This document shows positions 63,343-64,000 of a DNA stretch of 64,000 nucleotides, in pieces. Source of the stretch: Octopus sinensis (Eukaryota); assembly GCF_006345805.1 (NCBI RefSeq), contig NC_043014.1, positions 26,040,001 through 26,104,000 on the forward strand. Reading direction: 5' to 3'. The stretch's first letter is position 1, and each line of letters starts with the position of its first letter. A program made the position numbers and the translations under genes. The notes beneath the pieces are model-generated. The model was not told the origin of the DNA. It searched no databases and saw only the letters and a list, made by a program, of their open reading frames with translations.

Positions 63343-64000
63343 TTTCTATTCCTCTCCACCGCTAAAGCCTTGCTAAACCTAATCGATTCTACTCCAATTG
63401 GCCTTTTAAGAGCAAACCAACAGTTGTTGACGATTGCCCCTGTCAACGCTCTCTAAACTAAAACGCTGATCCGATCTCTGTAAGCTTGACACGCCGGTAA
63501 CAAAGTGTTCAGCTTCTAGTAGCCGGGGCCCTGTCTACGAAGCCTAAGATCATAAATTTGTGGTCTGTGTAGCCGACTATGTGAAATTGTGGACATCCAT
63601 ACTATCCTTATCTGCTGGCCTACAGAATACTCTAAAGTACGATCTTGACGAACCGTTGCGATTTGTCCAAGTCCACATTGGGACATTCGGGTTATCTATC
63701 CGGTAACTCTCACACAGCTGAAAACGTCTGAACACGTTTTTGAGGTTTTATCACCCTCATCTCCTATCAGATATTCCCACGCAATCGAAACGTCCAAGAT
63801 AGTGTTCCAGTCCCCAACTAATACTAAAGTTCGAGAAGTTCCCAGGAAAACCTCCAGATGCTTGAAGTAATCCGGCCGCCCTGTCTGTGTCAGAGCATAG
63901 GCAGCCACCAGTCTGAAGGCATCGCCATCACTGCTGTTCACATCTAGGACTACCAACTTACCTTCTGGATCAAGGAAGATTACCTTTATTTTCAAATTCA
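61205..64000 (-). mobile_element. Tx1/L1-like LINE ORF2 (APE-RT-CCHC), degenerate, runs off the window
   Basis: LVLVGDWN, DGLPYE, NFRPTTLLNAQLKILAKV, KAFDRVDH, YSDDV, and CPRCMQSDETVLHAFVQC. Confidence 0.92.

Overview
Eukaryotic, AT-rich, repeat-saturated DNA. It is most likely from an octopod cephalopod, judged from a mitochondrial insertion with cob-nad6-trnP-nad1-rrnL order and from the SINE types. No host gene exon can be supported. Most ORF-track entries are microsatellite or antisense artefacts. Recognisable content: a ~2.2-kb NUMT with an internal deletion; an hAT (4869-8023) and a Tc1 (22258-23500), each with both TIRs; a large defective Rep/Pif1 Helitron (36474-43306) carrying 25 tandem 69-bp (23-aa, STPR-like) repeats, plus its internally deleted derivative (10827-12003); RTE, CR1-like, R4/Dong-like and Tx1/L1-like LINE remnants; two SINE families; and several Penelope-like elements (PLEs), one nearly intact (49.9-54.4 kb). 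The most striking unexplained structure is a set of short palindromes sitting in (TA)n tracts (25.9, 32.9, 33.6, 35.9 and 42.6 kb). Their arms carry type-I hammerhead ribozyme motifs, so there is a ribozyme motif on each strand. Two of the palindromes are nested inside a further 140-bp inverted repeat, and two share the same spacer. All protein and family assignments were made by eye from remembered motifs; no database search or folding program was run.
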